From the IMG/VR virus record IMGVR_UViG_3300034103_001120, positions 1 through 37,837 of that record: a stretch of 37,837 nt of DNA; one strand, written 5' to 3'. Below are positions 35,209 to 37,837 of this stretch, piece after piece; position 1 is the stretch's first letter, and each line of letters begins with the position of its first letter. This stretch comes from a virus. Taxonomy: Duplodnaviria; Caudoviricetes. Position numbers and translations under genes: made by a program. Below the pieces are notes generated by a model, which worked only from the letters and a program-made list of their open reading frames with translations, was not told the DNA's origin and ran no database searches.

Positions 35209-35394
35209 ATGGCATGCAACGAACACGACGCCCACAAGGGCCTCAAAGACTCCCGCGATCACAACACATGGGGCTTCCCGACGCCGATCAAGAAGCCGTG
35301 GTCTCAGACGTTGACGACGGCAGCGATCCTTACGGCAGCGATTATGGTTTGTTGCGTTTTCGGGCAGTGGTTGGCGGAGTGGCTATGGAAGTAA
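35209..35394 (+). CDS. Small membrane protein
   Basis: GGAG SD; C-terminal TM helix. Confidence 0.6.
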   Translation: MACNEHDAHKGLKDSRDHNTWGFPTPIKKPWSQTLTTAAILTAAIMVCCVFGQWLAEWLWK

Positions 35395-35825
35395 TCACGC
35401 TGCCGCCGAAGAACCGGGAAAACGAAATTGCCCGGCTGATTCAAAAGGCGTTGACGTTTTGCGTTGGGAAGCCGGTGAATGTGAAATTCACGATTGCGCG
35501 GCCTGAGAGGACGCCGGATCAACTGAGATATTTGTGGGGTGTTGCGATCAAGCTGCTATCCGATCACACTGGCTTTGAACCGGAAGACGTACACGAATAC
35601 CTTTGCGGCATGCATTGGGGATGGAAGCCGAAGAGCCTCCCCGGAAAGAGAACCGTTGATATACCGATCCGCACGACGACGACAGACGAAGACGGGGGAC
35701 GTGACGTGATCGACGGCGAGGCGTTTTGGAAGTATGTAGAGTTTGTACAGCGAGTCGGGTCGAAACAAGGGGTGTATATCCCGGACCCTGATCCTAATTA
35801 CAAAATTGCGAGGGCAGCGAAATGA
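35385..35825 (+). CDS. NinB/Orf-like recombination protein
   Basis: RT..Q..YLWG......SD.TG...ED.HE ... RTT ... F..YVE.V......GV.IPDP. Confidence 0.75.
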   Translation: MEVITLPPKNRENEIARLIQKALTFCVGKPVNVKFTIARPERTPDQLRYLWGVAIKLLSDHTGFEPEDVHEYLCGMHWGWKPKSLPGKRTVDIPIRTTTTDEDGGRDVIDGEAFWKYVEFVQRVGSKQGVYIPDPDPNYKIARAAK

Positions 35826-36175
35826 AGCAAGCCACAAGTGCGTTTTATGCGCTCATTGAAAAATGGCGAGGATACGCATCAACACAGAGGCACCCGGACG
35901 AAAACGATTTTATAACGGTTGGAGAGGCGCAAGCATTTGCTTGTTGTGCGGATGAATTGGAAAAAGAAGTCAGGCAAGTAAAAAGCACATGGCAACCAAT
36001 CGAATACGCGAATAAAGACGGAAGACCGCTTCTTGTCTTCAACGAAAAGTGGTGGGCACCGATTCAAATTGCGGGATGGGATGCTCACGAACTTGCATGG
36101 AGGGTCCATTGCAGCGGATGCCCAGCGGAACAGCCAACACACTTCGTTGAATGTCCGGATCATCCAGATGCATGA
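35822..36175 (+). CDS. Hypothetical protein with a DUF551-like C-terminus
   Basis: WQPIE.A.KDGR..L ... PTH. Confidence 0.7.
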   Translation: MKQATSAFYALIEKWRGYASTQRHPDENDFITVGEAQAFACCADELEKEVRQVKSTWQPIEYANKDGRPLLVFNEKWWAPIQIAGWDAHELAWRVHCSGCPAEQPTHFVECPDHPDA

Positions 36176-36473
36176 CAACATCCGCGACAAGAAGTTTCTA
36201 AAGCTGTCCTATCGATTCGGTTGCATGCTGAGAATCGACGGCGTATGCGAAGGCGGAGAGGGCGAGCCGTGCCATGCGAATTGGGCGGACTACGGGAAAG
36301 GCGGGGCGATGAAGGCTCACGACATTTTCACCGTTCCCGGATGCCGGAGTTGTCACAGGGAACTTGACCAAGGTAAAAAATTCGACAAAGAGGAAAAACG
36401 GTGGATATGGGAGCGAGCATGGCGAGAGTACTTTGTGATGTTGTGGCAGGAAAAGATTATCGGGGTGAAATGA
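36168..36473 (+). CDS. DUF1364/DUF968-like Zn-binding nuclease-fold protein
   Basis: C.LRI.GVC, HAN....GKG..MKAHD, C.SCH..LD. Confidence 0.82.
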   Translation: MHDNIRDKKFLKLSYRFGCMLRIDGVCEGGEGEPCHANWADYGKGGAMKAHDIFTVPGCRSCHRELDQGKKFDKEEKRWIWERAWREYFVMLWQEKIIGVK

Positions 36474-36751
36474 AGGCATGCGGGACTTGCGGCAAAGTGC
36501 ATCCTGTGTATATTTACCCTGTGAGGATGCGTGGCAATCGGCGTGGGATTTCAAGTCACTGCCCGCCGTGCATGAAGAAAAAGGAAAAGGAGCGGTGGCA
36601 GCGGCGCAAGGTAATCGCCGCAGACCGGCAGGCGCTGCCGTTTGAGGGGATGCGTACGATAGAGGTTGAAACCCCGCTAGAGAACGCCAGAGAGTTGATG
36701 CGGGCGTGGGTGGGGCCGGCGGACAGACTACCTTGGAGGGTTGCGTTGTGA
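36470..36751 (+). CDS. Zn-finger hypothetical protein
   Basis: C..CG..HP ... S.C..C. Confidence 0.7.
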   Translation: MKACGTCGKVHPVYIYPVRMRGNRRGISSHCPPCMKKKEKERWQRRKVIAADRQALPFEGMRTIEVETPLENARELMRAWVGPADRLPWRVAL

Positions 36752-37119
36752 CTGAGTTTACTGTCCCGTTTCACACGGTGAACACGACCAACGTTCGCGA
36801 GCATTGGAGCAAGCGCGCTAGGCGTGCAAAGTTTCATCGCAATGGGACGTGGATGGTTACGCGCCGGCATATGGGAGAGTCGCCGGTCATTAAGGATGAA
36901 ATTGTTGTTGAAATGACCCGTATCAGCCCCGGCGTTTTGGATGACGATAATCTCAGGCCGGCGCTAAAATCGATCCGCGATGGGGTCGCCGATGCGTTCG
37001 GTGTCCCAGACAACGACCCTAGAATCAAGTGGCGTTATTCGCAAGAGAAGGGAAAGCGCGGCCATCATGCCGTCCGAATCAAAATCACAGCCGCAGTTGG
37101 AATCACGAGGAAGCCATAA
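36748..37119 (+). CDS. RusA-like Holliday junction resolvase
   Basis: N.REHW..RA; LDDDNL..ALK.IRDGVAD..GV.DND. Confidence 0.8.
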   Translation: MTEFTVPFHTVNTTNVREHWSKRARRAKFHRNGTWMVTRRHMGESPVIKDEIVVEMTRISPGVLDDDNLRPALKSIRDGVADAFGVPDNDPRIKWRYSQEKGKRGHHAVRIKITAAVGITRKP

Positions 37120-37292
37120 TGTTTCATTGCAAATCCGCCGGCAAGGCTAGGGGCTGCGACCATTGCGTCAACAACCCCATTCACCAGCTAACCGAATCCC
37201 GCCGGCATAGCATCGCGCCGACCGTGAACAGGTCGGGCGACTGCAAGCAGTACATCGAGACCATCAAACGGCCAGCCGAGCAAATAGGCTAG
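37119..37292 (+). CDS. Small Cys-containing hypothetical protein
   Basis: GAGG SD; TAATG coupling; C..., C..C, C..Y. Confidence 0.6.
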   Translation: MFHCKSAGKARGCDHCVNNPIHQLTESRRHSIAPTVNRSGDCKQYIETIKRPAEQIG

Positions 37293-37303
37293 TATTTGAG
37301 ACA

Positions 37304-37350
37304 TAGTGTTTCATTGGTGATCTTGTTGTCAGTTGAAAAGTCGATAACCT
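37304..37350 (+). promoter_or_regulatory. Putative promoter TTGTTG-N16-TAACCT with upstream TAGTGTT-N5-GGTGATCTTG element
   Basis: Same element and spacing as 439-485. Confidence 0.55.
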
Positions 37351-37378
37351 ATAGGCTCAAACCTAACGGGAAGCCGAA

Positions 37379-37837
<459 letters not shown>

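Overview
The window appears to be an essentially complete, circularly permuted genome of a P22-like podovirus. It is about 37.66 kb after removing a 180-bp end overlap (1-180 vs 37658-37837, one mismatch). The host is probably Xanthomonadaceae, judged from an SSB that resembles Xanthomonas SSB as I recall it. Gene order: (i) an accessory region (37379-4325, across the ends) with an Imm5-like/poly-Ala gene, an SPFH lipoprotein, two atypical tRNAs, two densely structured non-coding blocks with tRNA-like folds, and a small leftward cassette; (ii) lysis genes (TIGR02594-type endolysin, holin candidates, DUF3307, Rz/Rz1); (iii) P22-type morphogenesis genes (TerS, TerL, portal, scaffold, coat, gp4, a split gp10, ejection proteins, tail proteins); (iv) a leftward early arm (DUF3310, ssb, bet, HNH-AP2, many small ORFs); (v) a rightward early arm (ProQ/FinO protein, replication initiator, NinB, DUF1364-like, RusA-like). 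I recognised no integrase, CI-type repressor, N or Q. The strongest leads are the family of tRNA-scaffold RNAs with swapped internal domains, co-occurring with a phage ProQ/FinO protein and structured leaders, and a gp10 tail-hub gene split in two by an Ig plus beta-propeller insertion. All family calls come from motif recognition by eye and all RNA folds were paired by hand; no searches were run.
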